Below are positions 9,606-18,578 of a DNA stretch of 64,000 bases, in pieces. The position numbers and the translations under genes are program-made. The stretch is from NCBI GenBank assembly GCA_030651375.1, contig JAUSFM010000006.1, forward strand, positions 12,646 to 76,645, written 5' to 3'. The stretch comes from Candidatus Woesearchaeota archaeon (GTDB lineage Archaea; Nanobdellota; Nanobdellia; Woesearchaeales; UBA12501). The notes beneath the pieces were generated by a model. It saw nothing but the letters and a program-made list of their open reading frames with translations, was not told the DNA's origin and made no database searches. Within the stretch, counting starts at the first letter, position 1. The number at the start of each line of letters is the position of its first letter.

Positions 9606-10385
9606 TCATGCTTCAGTTTGCGCTGCTGGTGCAGCGGCAGCCTCTGTTTGATCGGTACTGTCCTGTTTTTCAGTTTCAGCTTTTTCCGCTTTCTTTTTTC
9701 TACGGGGTGCTTTTTTCTTCTCTTCCTTTTTTTCATCGCCCGGCGTTTTTGATTCACCTTTCTGCGCTGCAGGCGCTGATTCGGTTATTTCATCAATGAC
9801 CTTCAGCTCGTCAGGCAGTTTGATGCCCGGCGGCATAATGCGCACCTTGATGCCGATAACGCCTGACTTCAGTTTTGCCGTTGCATATGCTTTCAATACT
9901 TTAGTGACTGCGATGTCGCCGCACTTTTTCAAGTATCCTTGGTAAAATCGCCACGCTCGTGCACGTGCGCTGGGCACTTTGCCCGAGATGATAATTTCCA
10001 CGCCGAGTGCGCGCGCATTCATGACATCCTGCATGACCTGGTGCGCGACGCCTTTAAACCGTGCTGAGCCAAATCGCTCGAGTGATTGTGCAATGCGCTC
10101 GGCAACAATCTGCGCGTCGAGGTGCACATTTTCAACTTCTGCAATTTCTATTTGTGGATTTTCAAGTTCGAATTTTTTCTTGATCGTGGTGGTGAGCTTC
10201 TTGATGTTTTGGCCGCTCTTGCCAACGATAATGCCCGGGCGCGAGGTATACACTACAATCTTTTCACCCATCGGTGTGCGCTGGACTTTCGTGTGGCTTT
10301 GGCCGGTATTGTGCAAGCTTTGGGAAATGAATTCCTGAATCTGGAACTCTTTCATTTTCTGGGCAATAATCTTTCGCTCAATCAT
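9606..10385 (-). CDS. rps3: Ribosomal protein uS3 with K/E-rich C-terminal tail
   Basis: KH domain KIVVYTSRPGIIVGKSGQNIKKL. Start at ATG 10385. Confidence 0.9.
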   Translation of the reverse strand: MIERKIIAQKMKEFQIQEFISQSLHNTGQSHTKVQRTPMGEKIVVYTSRPGIIVGKSGQNIKKLTTTIKKKFELENPQIEIAEVENVHLDAQIVAERIAQSLERFGSARFKGVAHQVMQDVMNARALGVEIIISGKVPSARARAWRFYQGYLKKCGDIAVTKVLKAYATAKLKSGVIGIKVRIMPPGIKLPDELKVIDEITESAPAAQKGESKTPGDEKKEEKKKAPRRKKKAEKAETEKQDSTDQTEAAAAPAAQTEA

Positions 10386-10875
10386 GCGTTGTACCTTTTT
10401 TTTCTTGTTTTGCTTTTTGTTTTCGTTGTTCTGGTGCAGCTTCTTTTTGTTCGCGTGCAACAAATTCGAGGTGGGTGTTTTTCATGCGTCGGCCGCGCTG
10501 GCGTGAAATCCGGTACGGCCGTGCACCCTTATTTGCCACGGCGTGAATAATAACCAGCCGGCTTGTGTTGAGCCCTTTGTGCTGTGCATTCATCTCTAAT
10601 GACTTAATCAGGTTGAGTATTGCGGTGCAAGCATTTTTTGGAAACTGTCCGGCGGCCATGCCCGGCTTGTGGCCGGCGCCGTTGGTATATCGCTTGAACG
10701 GAATCGGGCGCTTGAGTGCAATAGCGTCTTCAAGTATGCGTTTGACGACTGCAATGTTCCGGTGCCGAAGGGTGTTGCATACCTCAATCGAGTGCTTGGT
10801 CGAGATGGATACATCTCTGCCAATGACTCGCACCATCGAGCCTTTTTCATAGTCCGGAAAGCTGTAGCCATGCAT
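10378..10875 (-). CDS. rpl22: Ribosomal protein uL22
   Basis: uL22-like sequence and operon position. Confidence 0.9.
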   Translation of the reverse strand: MHGYSFPDYEKGSMVRVIGRDVSISTKHSIEVCNTLRHRNIAVVKRILEDAIALKRPIPFKRYTNGAGHKPGMAAGQFPKNACTAILNLIKSLEMNAQHKGLNTSRLVIIHAVANKGARPYRISRQRGRRMKNTHLEFVAREQKEAAPEQRKQKAKQEKKGTTHD

Positions 10876-10877
10876 GT

Positions 10878-11261
10878 TTATTTCACCGATATGCTTGCAC
10901 TTGAGCGCGTTGCGCCAATGCCCGGTGAGTTGTGTTTGACTGACCGTCGGGTAAGTGCGAATTCACCAAGGTAATGGCCAAGCATTTCCGGCACAATATG
11001 AACCGGCTGCCAGGTTTTGCCGTCGTACACTTCAATGTCGCGGTCAACCATCTGGGGAACGATAATCATGTCTCTGCACTGGGTGCGGAGTTTTCTTCGG
11101 TTTTTCTTGATATGCTCAAGGAGTGTCTGCTTCTGGTGAGTGGAGCCTCGTTTAAGGCTTCTACGCGCGCGCGCTGGCAGGAGGGTGAGGAACTCTTCGA
11201 AACTCATACGTCGAACTTCCTCGATTGTTTTTCCCCGATACGTAAATTCTTTTTTTGCCAT
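10878..11261 (-). CDS. rps19: Ribosomal protein uS19
   Basis: GHYLGEFALTRRSVKHNSPGIGAT motif. Confidence 0.92.
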   Translation of the reverse strand: MAKKEFTYRGKTIEEVRRMSFEEFLTLLPARARRSLKRGSTHQKQTLLEHIKKNRRKLRTQCRDMIIVPQMVDRDIEVYDGKTWQPVHIVPEMLGHYLGEFALTRRSVKHNSPGIGATRSSASISVK

Positions 11262-11293
11262 TGGTTTCTCCTAAGTTCGTGCGTTTCGTGCTT

Positions 11294-12028
11294 TTATGTT
11301 GTTGCTTTTTTTGCGCCAGTCTTTCGTCCGGTTCTGCGTGGGCGTATCATGCCGACGTTTCTTCCCGGCGGCGCGTGCCGCGGTGCGGGTCGTGCCTTGG
11401 ATTTTCTTGATGATCGCTTGTTACCGAATGGGTGGTCAACTGCGTTGACTGCGCCACCCGAGATTCGTGGGTACAATTTGTTGCGGGCCTTCATCTTATA
11501 ATGTTTCTTGCCTGCTTTTCCAAATGGTTTTTCCAATCGTCCGCCGCCAGCGAGTACGCCGATGGTTGCTCTGCATTGCGGATTGAACTCTTTGATTTTT
11601 TTGGAGGGTAATTTGACGAGGATACGGTCATCATATCGTGCAAGTACGCGTGCAAAGGTGCCTGATGCGCGGGCAAATTTGCCGCCGTCACCCGGTGTGC
11701 CTTCAACATTATATACTGGCGCTCCTTCAGGGATATTTTTCAAATGAGTAGTATTCCCAATTTCAACAGGTGCGTCCTTTCCCGCAGAGATTTGGTCACC
11801 GATAGCAAGGCCTTCTGCAGCAGGCATGAGCACTTCTTCACCGTCTTCAAACGCAACGCGCGCCAACGGCGCTGAATGTCCCGGGCAGTGGATAAATTCT
11901 CGGATGAGCCCTTTGAATGTACCGTCTGACCATGTTTTGTGGAGTGCTTCGCCTGCGTAATTGAATGAGGGCGCTCGATATCTCGGGCCTCCTCGTCCGC
12001 GTGCTTGTGCAATTATGCGTTTTCCCAT
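11294..12028 (-). CDS. rpl2: Ribosomal protein uL2
   Basis: GGRLEKPFGKAGKKHYKMK and AVNAVDHPFG motifs. Confidence 0.92.
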   Translation of the reverse strand: MGKRIIAQARGRGGPRYRAPSFNYAGEALHKTWSDGTFKGLIREFIHCPGHSAPLARVAFEDGEEVLMPAAEGLAIGDQISAGKDAPVEIGNTTHLKNIPEGAPVYNVEGTPGDGGKFARASGTFARVLARYDDRILVKLPSKKIKEFNPQCRATIGVLAGGGRLEKPFGKAGKKHYKMKARNKLYPRISGGAVNAVDHPFGNKRSSRKSKARPAPRHAPPGRNVGMIRPRRTGRKTGAKKATT

Positions 12029-12032
12029 AGTT

Positions 12033-12287
12033 TCACATCATACCAAGCTGCGTTGCAATGTCAATTGCTGGCGTTTCTTTGCTGAACTGTACCACTGCCC
12101 GTTTTTCTCCTTTTGAGGTAATTTGAGTGTTCACGTTTGCGACTTTTGTTTTGAAGAGTGCTTCGATCGCCTTTTTGATTGCTGGTTTGTCAGCGCGCCG
12201 GTCAACGACAAAGACGAGCTTGTTTTCTGATTCCATCAGGCGAATCGATTTTTCCGTTGATACCGGGTGAAGTATGATTGTGTTCAT
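12033..12287 (-). CDS. rpl23: Ribosomal protein uL23
   Basis: HPVSTEKSIRLMESENKLVFVVD motif. Confidence 0.9.
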   Translation of the reverse strand: MNTIILHPVSTEKSIRLMESENKLVFVVDRRADKPAIKKAIEALFKTKVANVNTQITSKGEKRAVVQFSKETPAIDIATQLGMM

Positions 12288-12299
12288 GTGGTAGTCTCA

Positions 12300-13235
12300 T
12301 TACTTTTGTTTTACTTGTTTTTCCTTTGGCTGTGCTTTTGCTTTTGGAACTTGCTTGTGTTCCTTTTTCTGTTCTTGTTTTTTTCCGGTGTCTGCAGTTG
12401 TTTCTTCTTTTCTCGGCGCGCTTTTGCCCTTGAAATCATTCATGAACCAGTGTTCAGTGCGAAGGCGCTCAACTGCTGCTTCAGTGTACAGAGTGAGCCG
12501 ACCGGGCGCTCCGGGCGCAAGAAGGACTGCGTTCAATTCATCAACCCGTGCCACGTCGATACCGGGCAAGTTGACGCGTTCAATCGGTGCATTGCCGCTG
12601 ATGACAACGAGTGGCCCTCGTCGCTGTTTGTATTTTCGTCCGCGTCCTTTTCCTCTTCCGGCGCGCACTTTTTTAATTGCGCAGCGCACGAGTTCTTGTT
12701 CAAGGCCAAGCGCGAGCAATGCTTTTTCAAGGTCATGTGCCTTGGTTATTTTTTCAAACTCAGTGCTGATAATAAACGGGTATGCATCAGGAACACGGTG
12801 GCCGCGGCTCTTCACCATTTCTTTGTTGACGGTTGCAGCGAGTGCTGAACGGACCGCAAACCGGTTTTCTTTTTTGTTGATTTTTCTTGCCCAGATTTTC
12901 CATGGCTTTGGCGGATGCGCGCGCCGTCCGCCGACACAGCCGGGTGCAAACGCGCCGACCCAATTCATATTGGTGCCGCTTCTGCTGTGTACTTTTCGGG
13001 GAACACGTGAAATACCATGGCCGTAACAGCCGCGGTAACTTCTTCGCTGCTTGCTGACCCATGATGATGATCGCTTGCCTGCTTCAGGGAATGCACCGTA
13101 CGGTTGGCGTTGGGTGCTGCGCAATGCTTCAGCAGCACGCTCAATAACATCTGGGCGCACCTGCTCGTCGAATTGCGGCGGCATGTCCACCTTTCCGGTG
13201 TTTTTGTTGTCGATGGTGAGGATGGAGAGTTTCAT
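12300..13235 (-). CDS. rpl4: Ribosomal protein uL4 with K/E/Q-rich C-terminal tail
   Basis: uL4-like core and operon position. Confidence 0.9.
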   Translation of the reverse strand: MKLSILTIDNKNTGKVDMPPQFDEQVRPDVIERAAEALRSTQRQPYGAFPEAGKRSSSWVSKQRRSYRGCYGHGISRVPRKVHSRSGTNMNWVGAFAPGCVGGRRAHPPKPWKIWARKINKKENRFAVRSALAATVNKEMVKSRGHRVPDAYPFIISTEFEKITKAHDLEKALLALGLEQELVRCAIKKVRAGRGKGRGRKYKQRRGPLVVISGNAPIERVNLPGIDVARVDELNAVLLAPGAPGRLTLYTEAAVERLRTEHWFMNDFKGKSAPRKEETTADTGKKQEQKKEHKQVPKAKAQPKEKQVKQK

Positions 13236-13236
13236 G

Positions 13237-14229
13237 TTACATTCCCTGTTTTGTTGTTACACTGACATATCTGATTGTGGGCGCTTCCGACGGTATTCTC
13301 GTGGTTGGCCGCTGGGGGTGGGTAAGTTTGATGAGGCGTTTTGCCGGCCCGCCAACCGAGCCCTTGACGATAAGGTACTGGTTTTTCACCATGCCATAGC
13401 GCTTGAAGCCGTCAGGCGGATTGATATTTTTTGGCTGGGTGTCCATTTTCAGCACCCACTTGTTCCATTCAGTGCGCGTGTGATAACCGGTCTGTCCTGC
13501 GTGGGCAACACGGTACATCATATGTCCTTGTCCTTTCCACGCGCCGAGTGAGCCCGGGCCGCGCTTGGTTTTTTCTGACTTGTGGTGGCGAATGGCAACA
13601 CCAAATCGTTTGACTGGGCCTTGCAGACCGCGTCCGGTGGTGACGCTGTGGGCATCGACTTGTTGCCCTTCAGCAAAAACATCATTCACAAAAATATCCT
13701 TGCCCATTTTTTCCTGCGCCCATGCAAGTTTTTGCGCAACTGTGCCGCCGAGCCCCACTTCAAAGACTTCAGGCCGTTTCTTGATCGATGTCATAGCAGG
13801 CTGGGTCTGAACCAGCACGCGGATGTCAGTGTATTTTTCGGCCTTGAGCTCAGCAAGTTTTTGCGTTGGCTCTTTTTTTGTAACTGGAAAAACGCGAGAA
13901 AGATCAGGAGTGCCTTTGCCGACGATATCAGTCATCACCCGCTCGCCGTAGGCATATACTTTGTCGATACCATAACAGCGCACGCCAATGACACGCATGG
14001 GCGGGCATTCAATGATAGTTGCAGCCGTCATGAGCTCCATGCCTTTTGTTTTTGCGGTTTTGCGAGAATCAACAAGAATAAGATGCGTCATGCCCACTTT
14101 GTAGCCGGCGAAACAGCCAGCCTTGCCCAGTGGGGTAGTCCATGCTCTAATAGGTGTATGCTGGCGTTCAGCACGCTTTCGCGGCCAAAACTGCATGCTT
14201 CCTGAATGCGGCTGGTGTTCTTTTGGCAT
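13237..14229 (-). CDS. rpl3: Ribosomal protein uL3
   Basis: FAGYKVGMTHL and GRGLQGPVKRFG motifs. First gene of the operon. Confidence 0.92.
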   Translation of the reverse strand: MPKEHQPHSGSMQFWPRKRAERQHTPIRAWTTPLGKAGCFAGYKVGMTHLILVDSRKTAKTKGMELMTAATIIECPPMRVIGVRCYGIDKVYAYGERVMTDIVGKGTPDLSRVFPVTKKEPTQKLAELKAEKYTDIRVLVQTQPAMTSIKKRPEVFEVGLGGTVAQKLAWAQEKMGKDIFVNDVFAEGQQVDAHSVTTGRGLQGPVKRFGVAIRHHKSEKTKRGPGSLGAWKGQGHMMYRVAHAGQTGYHTRTEWNKWVLKMDTQPKNINPPDGFKRYGMVKNQYLIVKGSVGGPAKRLIKLTHPQRPTTRIPSEAPTIRYVSVTTKQGM

Positions 14230-14545
14230 GGGTATTCCTTGATTTCAGCATTCTGGGATACAGCTCAAGCTTATTTGGTGAAATAAGGTCTATTATCTCT
14301 TATTTCGACAAAATTGCCTTAAATAACGTCTTTCAACGAAGAATTCGCATTCTTCGCCAAACGTGTACTGAAAGACAACTTTTTCAGGCTTTGTTTGGCT
14401 GTGTTCCCATGTTTAAACCTTGAATGACATGTTTAAACACATTATATCGCGTTTTGCGTATTCTATTCAGGAATTGCGGAATTATATAAAGATTGTGATT
14501 TGAACGAACGAAAAACAGGTATTAAAACAGGTATTTATTCCCTAT

Positions 14546-15418
14546 CTATTTATTGCCTACCTCCCGTATCCTCACTTCGGCCCACAGCAGCGGCTTTTCA
14601 TACTCGTCGTGGTACCGTCCAGCAATTCGATCCCATGTTTCTACGCCTCTGTCCGTCAAGCTGATAAGCGGTCCATATTCTACAGTGCTGTGCAGGGGAA
14701 TGAATGAATGTATCTCGTATTTGAACGTCTGGTTGTTTAGCCCACCAATAAGCATGAGCATGTACTGGGTCTTGTAGCGAAGTATGAGTTCGCACGTTGG
14801 CTCACCTTTGCACTCTTCATGCGCATGGAGCCGTAAAGCTTGAAGGTCTTCCACACTCGGCGTGGTGTTGTCATACTTCTTGTCATACTTCTTATACCGG
14901 CGGGATTCCTCTTTAGGACGCGTTGTGCCACGCTCCTCTTCCTGTTTAAGAACTGATTTTATTTCATCTGGTGTTCGCGGATGGGAATGATAATCACCGA
15001 TAAACATTCTGCCCTGTTGCTCAATTGGGTCGATCTCCGCATGCGAAAAGAACACGCCAACGCCTAACGATTCCTGGTATTGCATCGGCTTAAGAAACGT
15101 ATCAATAACGCCGTCAGGCCGCGCAAAGAGCATGTATGAAACTTCATGGTCGTGGGTGAACGAGCTGCGCAGCGTGCCGAGCACCGGCGTTGTTATCGGC
15201 ACAACAACCTTGTCAGAGTTGGTAACAAGAAAATACGCACCCTCTGCATCGCCCGCATTCAGCCGGTCTTCAAGTGTTCTTTTATACAATATATAATGCG
15301 GAAGTCTCGGCGTTTGTGGCGGTTCATCGGTGGAAATGCCAAGCATACTCAGCGTTGCAGCAGCGCCAATGCCTCGTGTCATTGTTTGGGAAAAGTGTCT
15401 CCGTGTATAGTTCATCAT
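14546..15418 (-). CDS. JAMM/MPN+-like metalloprotease-fold protein with twin-arginine signal
   Basis: N-terminus MMNYTRRHFSQTMTRGIGAAATLSMLG matches the Tat S/T-RR-x-F pattern. GDYHSHP followed by TPSVEDL resembles HxH...SxxD, but with about 40 charged residues inserted. ATG 15418 lies about 25 nt from a TATA box. Confidence 0.5.
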   Translation of the reverse strand: MMNYTRRHFSQTMTRGIGAAATLSMLGISTDEPPQTPRLPHYILYKRTLEDRLNAGDAEGAYFLVTNSDKVVVPITTPVLGTLRSSFTHDHEVSYMLFARPDGVIDTFLKPMQYQESLGVGVFFSHAEIDPIEQQGRMFIGDYHSHPRTPDEIKSVLKQEEERGTTRPKEESRRYKKYDKKYDNTTPSVEDLQALRLHAHEECKGEPTCELILRYKTQYMLMLIGGLNNQTFKYEIHSFIPLHSTVEYGPLISLTDRGVETWDRIAGRYHDEYEKPLLWAEVRIREVGNK

Positions 15419-15436
15419 CGCGGGAAAAAGAAACAA

Positions 15437-15447
15437 CTATATATACC
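15437..15447. promoter_or_regulatory. Palindromic TATA box shared by divergent JAMM-like gene and tRNA-Arg
   Basis: CTATATATACC lies about 25-30 nt from both ATG 15418 (minus) and the tRNA 5' end at 15471 (plus). Confidence 0.45.
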
Positions 15448-15470
15448 TCACGGTTCTTCTTTTCGGCGGT

Positions 15471-15544
15471 GCTCTCGTCGTATAGCTTGGATAGTATGCG
15501 GCCCTCCGAAGGCTGTGACCGGGGTTCAAATCCCCGCGGGAGCG
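15471..15544 (+). tRNA. tRNA-Arg(CCG)
   Basis: Hand-folded cloverleaf. Acceptor GCTCTCG/CGGGAGC (one G-U), D stem GTAT/GTAT (two G-U), anticodon arm CGGCC-CTCCGAA-GGCTG, T arm CGGGG-TTCAAAT-CCCCG, discriminator G. No encoded CCA. Confidence 0.85.
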
Positions 15545-15574
15545 TTTTGGTTATGTAGAAGCGTGCGAAGCGTT

Positions 15575-15630
15575 GTTTTCTCTTCCGGAGAAAACACGTC
15601 GTTCACAACAGTTTTTTGCGCAGCAAAAAA
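15575..15630. terminator. Two hairpins between convergent tRNA-Arg and oxygenase gene
   Basis: GTTTTCTC-TTCCG-GAGAAAAC at 15575-15595 and TTTTTTGC-GCA-GCAAAAAA at 15612-15630, the second flanked by T/A runs. Confidence 0.4.
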
Positions 15631-15707
15631 AGGTTGGTTTACATCCCCACAGGAGCGTATATTAGTTTTGAATCAGAGGTCTGGAATCAGGGGTATGACG
15701 AACTTGA

Positions 15708-16760
15708 TTATTGCGGTGCCTTTGCCATATACTCTCCCAAATCTCGTTTGAGAACATCACCGGTAACCATTCCATTAAGCAAGGGCATGTCTGCCTGCGG
15801 ATGAAGAAAATCAACAATGCCCGGTCGTTGGCTTTCAACACTTCTGCGCACGCCGCGATGCAGTGTTTCAGCCAGTGTGCCGTATTTTAATTTGTCAGGA
15901 TCAATCTTCCCTTCCGCGATCAATGCTTCAATCAGCAGGCGATAGTTTTTTCCAAACTGAAAGAAATACGTGCCGCCCTCGACGACAACCGGCCGCCATT
16001 CGTTGCCGACTTTACCTTCCAAACAATGTTCTGGATCCTTGCGCATATCTCCAATTGTTCCTGCAGAACTGTCGGCGTGCTCGCCGAAAATAAGGTCGCC
16101 GACCTTTGCTTTTCTCCCCTCGAAATATTCCTGCAATTCCGGCTCCGTGCCGTTGAGATATTGGATGAGCTGGAGCGTATTTTCCTGCACTAATCGGTAG
16201 TCTTTCCCTCCTACGTTTCGTGTGCCGCTAAAATAATTCGGGCCAAGCCCATAATAAAATTCAGCCAACGCATTCAGCGCAATGGTGCCAAGGTTGACTA
16301 GTTGTGCATGAATCTGGTAAATGCCACTGTTCTGAAAGCGTGCCATGGCAAGTTCATCTTCAAATTTGAGATGTCTTTTGAGCTTTTGATCACTTGGCCA
16401 TAACCTGCGCGGGTATCCCCGTACGATATTGAATCGGAGAAGCTGTTTCCATACATCTTTATCACTTCCCGTGCCATACTCTTCCCGTCCGGGCCACGAA
16501 TAGCCAAGGTTTGCATCTACCGGATGCACACACCCCAAGCGGACCTCTTCGGGGAGTTTACGAAAAAAAATATCAATGGCACGGTACGTCTCTTCCATTA
16601 GTGCCGGATCAATTATCTGGTTATCATCAGTAAGTCCAGAAATTCCAAACTGGCCTTCATTCTCAATCAGAATCGTCGCTTCTCGTTCCCGCTCTCTCTG
16701 CGTTCCGGTTTGAAAGCGGTGTGCGTTAAAAGAAGGAATGCGTAATTCGGCAGCGCACAT
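15708..16760 (-). CDS. 2-oxoglutarate/Fe(II)-dependent oxygenase (isopenicillin-N-synthase-like family)
   Basis: HxD in FGEHADSS and distal TLHRGV...QRPGIVDFLHP resemble the facial-triad and 2OG-binding motifs. Confidence 0.55.
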   Translation of the reverse strand: MCAAELRIPSFNAHRFQTGTQREREREATILIENEGQFGISGLTDDNQIIDPALMEETYRAIDIFFRKLPEEVRLGCVHPVDANLGYSWPGREEYGTGSDKDVWKQLLRFNIVRGYPRRLWPSDQKLKRHLKFEDELAMARFQNSGIYQIHAQLVNLGTIALNALAEFYYGLGPNYFSGTRNVGGKDYRLVQENTLQLIQYLNGTEPELQEYFEGRKAKVGDLIFGEHADSSAGTIGDMRKDPEHCLEGKVGNEWRPVVVEGGTYFFQFGKNYRLLIEALIAEGKIDPDKLKYGTLAETLHRGVRRSVESQRPGIVDFLHPQADMPLLNGMVTGDVLKRDLGEYMAKAPQ

Positions 16761-16792
16761 GATGCTTTCTGCTTTTATTTACTATAAATAGT

Positions 16793-18481
16793 TTATTGTG
16801 GTTCAGTCGTTATGTTATTGTCCTCTTTTGTTTGTCCTTCTTTCATCTTTTCCCTAAATTCTTTATATCCTCGCCGTGCTTCTTTCATGCGCTGTTTTTG
16901 TTCGTCAGTCATGGTTCGCTTTTCTTTTTTGCCTTCTTTTTCCTGCCGTTGCGCCTGCCGCATCATTCTGCGCACGTATTGTACTGGATTGGTGCACCGC
17001 GTGCATATCTGCTCGGCACATTTGAGGCCCATGCTTGAATAATATCCTGCATTGTCACAATTTGGCGGCAGCACGGTTCTCTTTTGCTGCCGGTGGTAGC
17101 GAAGCCGCCCGGTCAATACTGTTTCACGCAGCGCTTCGCCAACTTCAGCATTTTTCTTGTTCCATTCATCAAGCCGTTTTTCAATGGCATCGGCATCCCA
17201 GCCAACGCTGGCCAAAAAATTAATCAGCACAAACATGGCACGCTTCTTGCCGTCTTTCATGCCCTGCAGCATTTTTGCTATACATGGTGGGAACAATGTT
17301 TCTGGCGCAGCAGTCTGGAATTTTTCAAATGCTTTTTCACCGCGAGAATCGCCGAGATACGCTTCACCGGCTGTTTTTTCTTGCTCCTTGCGCGTGCCAA
17401 AATCAATTGCTGTGCGCAAGAGTGCCATTGCTTCTCCCTTTGTGGTGTTGGCTGTGTCGAGGAATATTGGATTATTTTTGGTGACATTCGGCGGCGCTGC
17501 GCGCTGCTTGTCAAACGTCATGATATCTTCTGGCGCAATCGGAAGGGACATAAGCCCTGATTTTTCATGGAGCGAGTACGGCGCGCGGTAGAGGTGCCGC
17601 GAAGAAATAAGCACCGTGTCCACTTCAATCAGCGCCGTGGTGTTGAGCTGCTGGACTACTGTTTCAGCGCCGCAAGTTTGGCACCCCCGTTCTGCATTCA
17701 TCAGCCGCATGAGCTTGCTGCATTTTTCGCAGGCAGTTGGCTCATCTGCCTCTTTTATCTGCACGTTGCCGCAGTGTTCACAGCCATATTCAATGCGCGG
17801 CTTTTCCTTTTCATTTGCTTTTTTTTCCGTGTCGCACCCTGCGCACACGGTTTTGATAAGGTCTTCTTTTTTGGTTTGTTGTTTCAGCTTGTCAAAATCA
17901 ACGCTGAACCGCTGGGCGAAATATATCCGGTTATTTTTCACGCTGATATGTTTTGCCGTTATATACCCAAGAAGGTACGTTGCAATCATGCGGGGCGCTT
18001 CAGGAAAGAGTAGTCGGGTTTCAACGAGCTGGCCTGCCCGGTCAATTTTTTCCGGGAACGCTTCAAAGGGCACGCCGATATGCCATCCCTTGTTGCCGGA
18101 AAATTTTACGCTGACGCTTTTGATGCCGTGTTCTTGCAGGCTTTTTACCATGAGCCATGCAGTCATTTTTGATACACCCCAGTGCACTGCATCGATGTCA
18201 AGCACAAGGTCCCATCCGGTGCGCAGGGCATCACTGTCGGTTTTTCGCATGCCGGTTTCAAGCGCCAGCGGATTTGACCAGCGCTCTTCGGAAACATGAA
18301 ACGATGTTGCACCTTTCTTTGCCAGCTCCCCAACATCATTCGGAAAATACACAGCGTCCGGCCGTTTGCCAAATCCGCTTTCGCCGTATTTCACTGCTGC
18401 TTCCCTGTTTTTTGCTCCGGCAGCAAGGCCTTCTTGCACCTCTCTCCGGAGATAATATTTCAGAATGGCAGCAGGTTCCAT
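16793..18481 (-). CDS. DNA primase, fused PriS catalytic domain plus PriL C-terminal Fe-S domain
   Basis: PriS motifs WDLVLDIDA, FSGNKGWHI and RAPYSLHEKSGL. Four CxxC pairs (CAGC, CEHC, CEKC, CQTC). C-terminal FPPCIAKML...PPNC...LKC...CTRC resembles PriL-CTD. Start set at ATG 18481; 18559 is also possible. Confidence 0.8.
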   Translation of the reverse strand: MEPAAILKYYLRREVQEGLAAGAKNREAAVKYGESGFGKRPDAVYFPNDVGELAKKGATSFHVSEERWSNPLALETGMRKTDSDALRTGWDLVLDIDAVHWGVSKMTAWLMVKSLQEHGIKSVSVKFSGNKGWHIGVPFEAFPEKIDRAGQLVETRLLFPEAPRMIATYLLGYITAKHISVKNNRIYFAQRFSVDFDKLKQQTKKEDLIKTVCAGCDTEKKANEKEKPRIEYGCEHCGNVQIKEADEPTACEKCSKLMRLMNAERGCQTCGAETVVQQLNTTALIEVDTVLISSRHLYRAPYSLHEKSGLMSLPIAPEDIMTFDKQRAAPPNVTKNNPIFLDTANTTKGEAMALLRTAIDFGTRKEQEKTAGEAYLGDSRGEKAFEKFQTAAPETLFPPCIAKMLQGMKDGKKRAMFVLINFLASVGWDADAIEKRLDEWNKKNAEVGEALRETVLTGRLRYHRQQKRTVLPPNCDNAGYYSSMGLKCAEQICTRCTNPVQYVRRMMRQAQRQEKEGKKEKRTMTDEQKQRMKEARRGYKEFREKMKEGQTKEDNNITTEPQ

Positions 18482-18578
18482 ACTGTTGGTGAATGGGTGC
18501 GGTTTTATAATGATTATTATGGGGCGCTTGCTATTTTTGAGCAGAACATTTTTAAGCATTCCATCCTTTTTTGGTCTG

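Noticed and set aside
122-14423. Dozens of plus-strand and alternate-frame ORFs (60-280 aa) across the ribosomal operon.
   Set aside because: All lie antisense to, or out of frame with, confidently recognised r-protein genes or secY. Their translations are low-complexity with no recognisable motifs.
14405-14440. Two GTTTAAAC palindromes within CATGTTTAAAC repeats (starting 14407 and 14429) upstream of the r-protein operon, as a regulatory element.
   Set aside because: They are real in the sequence, but there are only two short copies in an AT-rich 315-bp promoter region. I cannot separate this from chance or assign a function.
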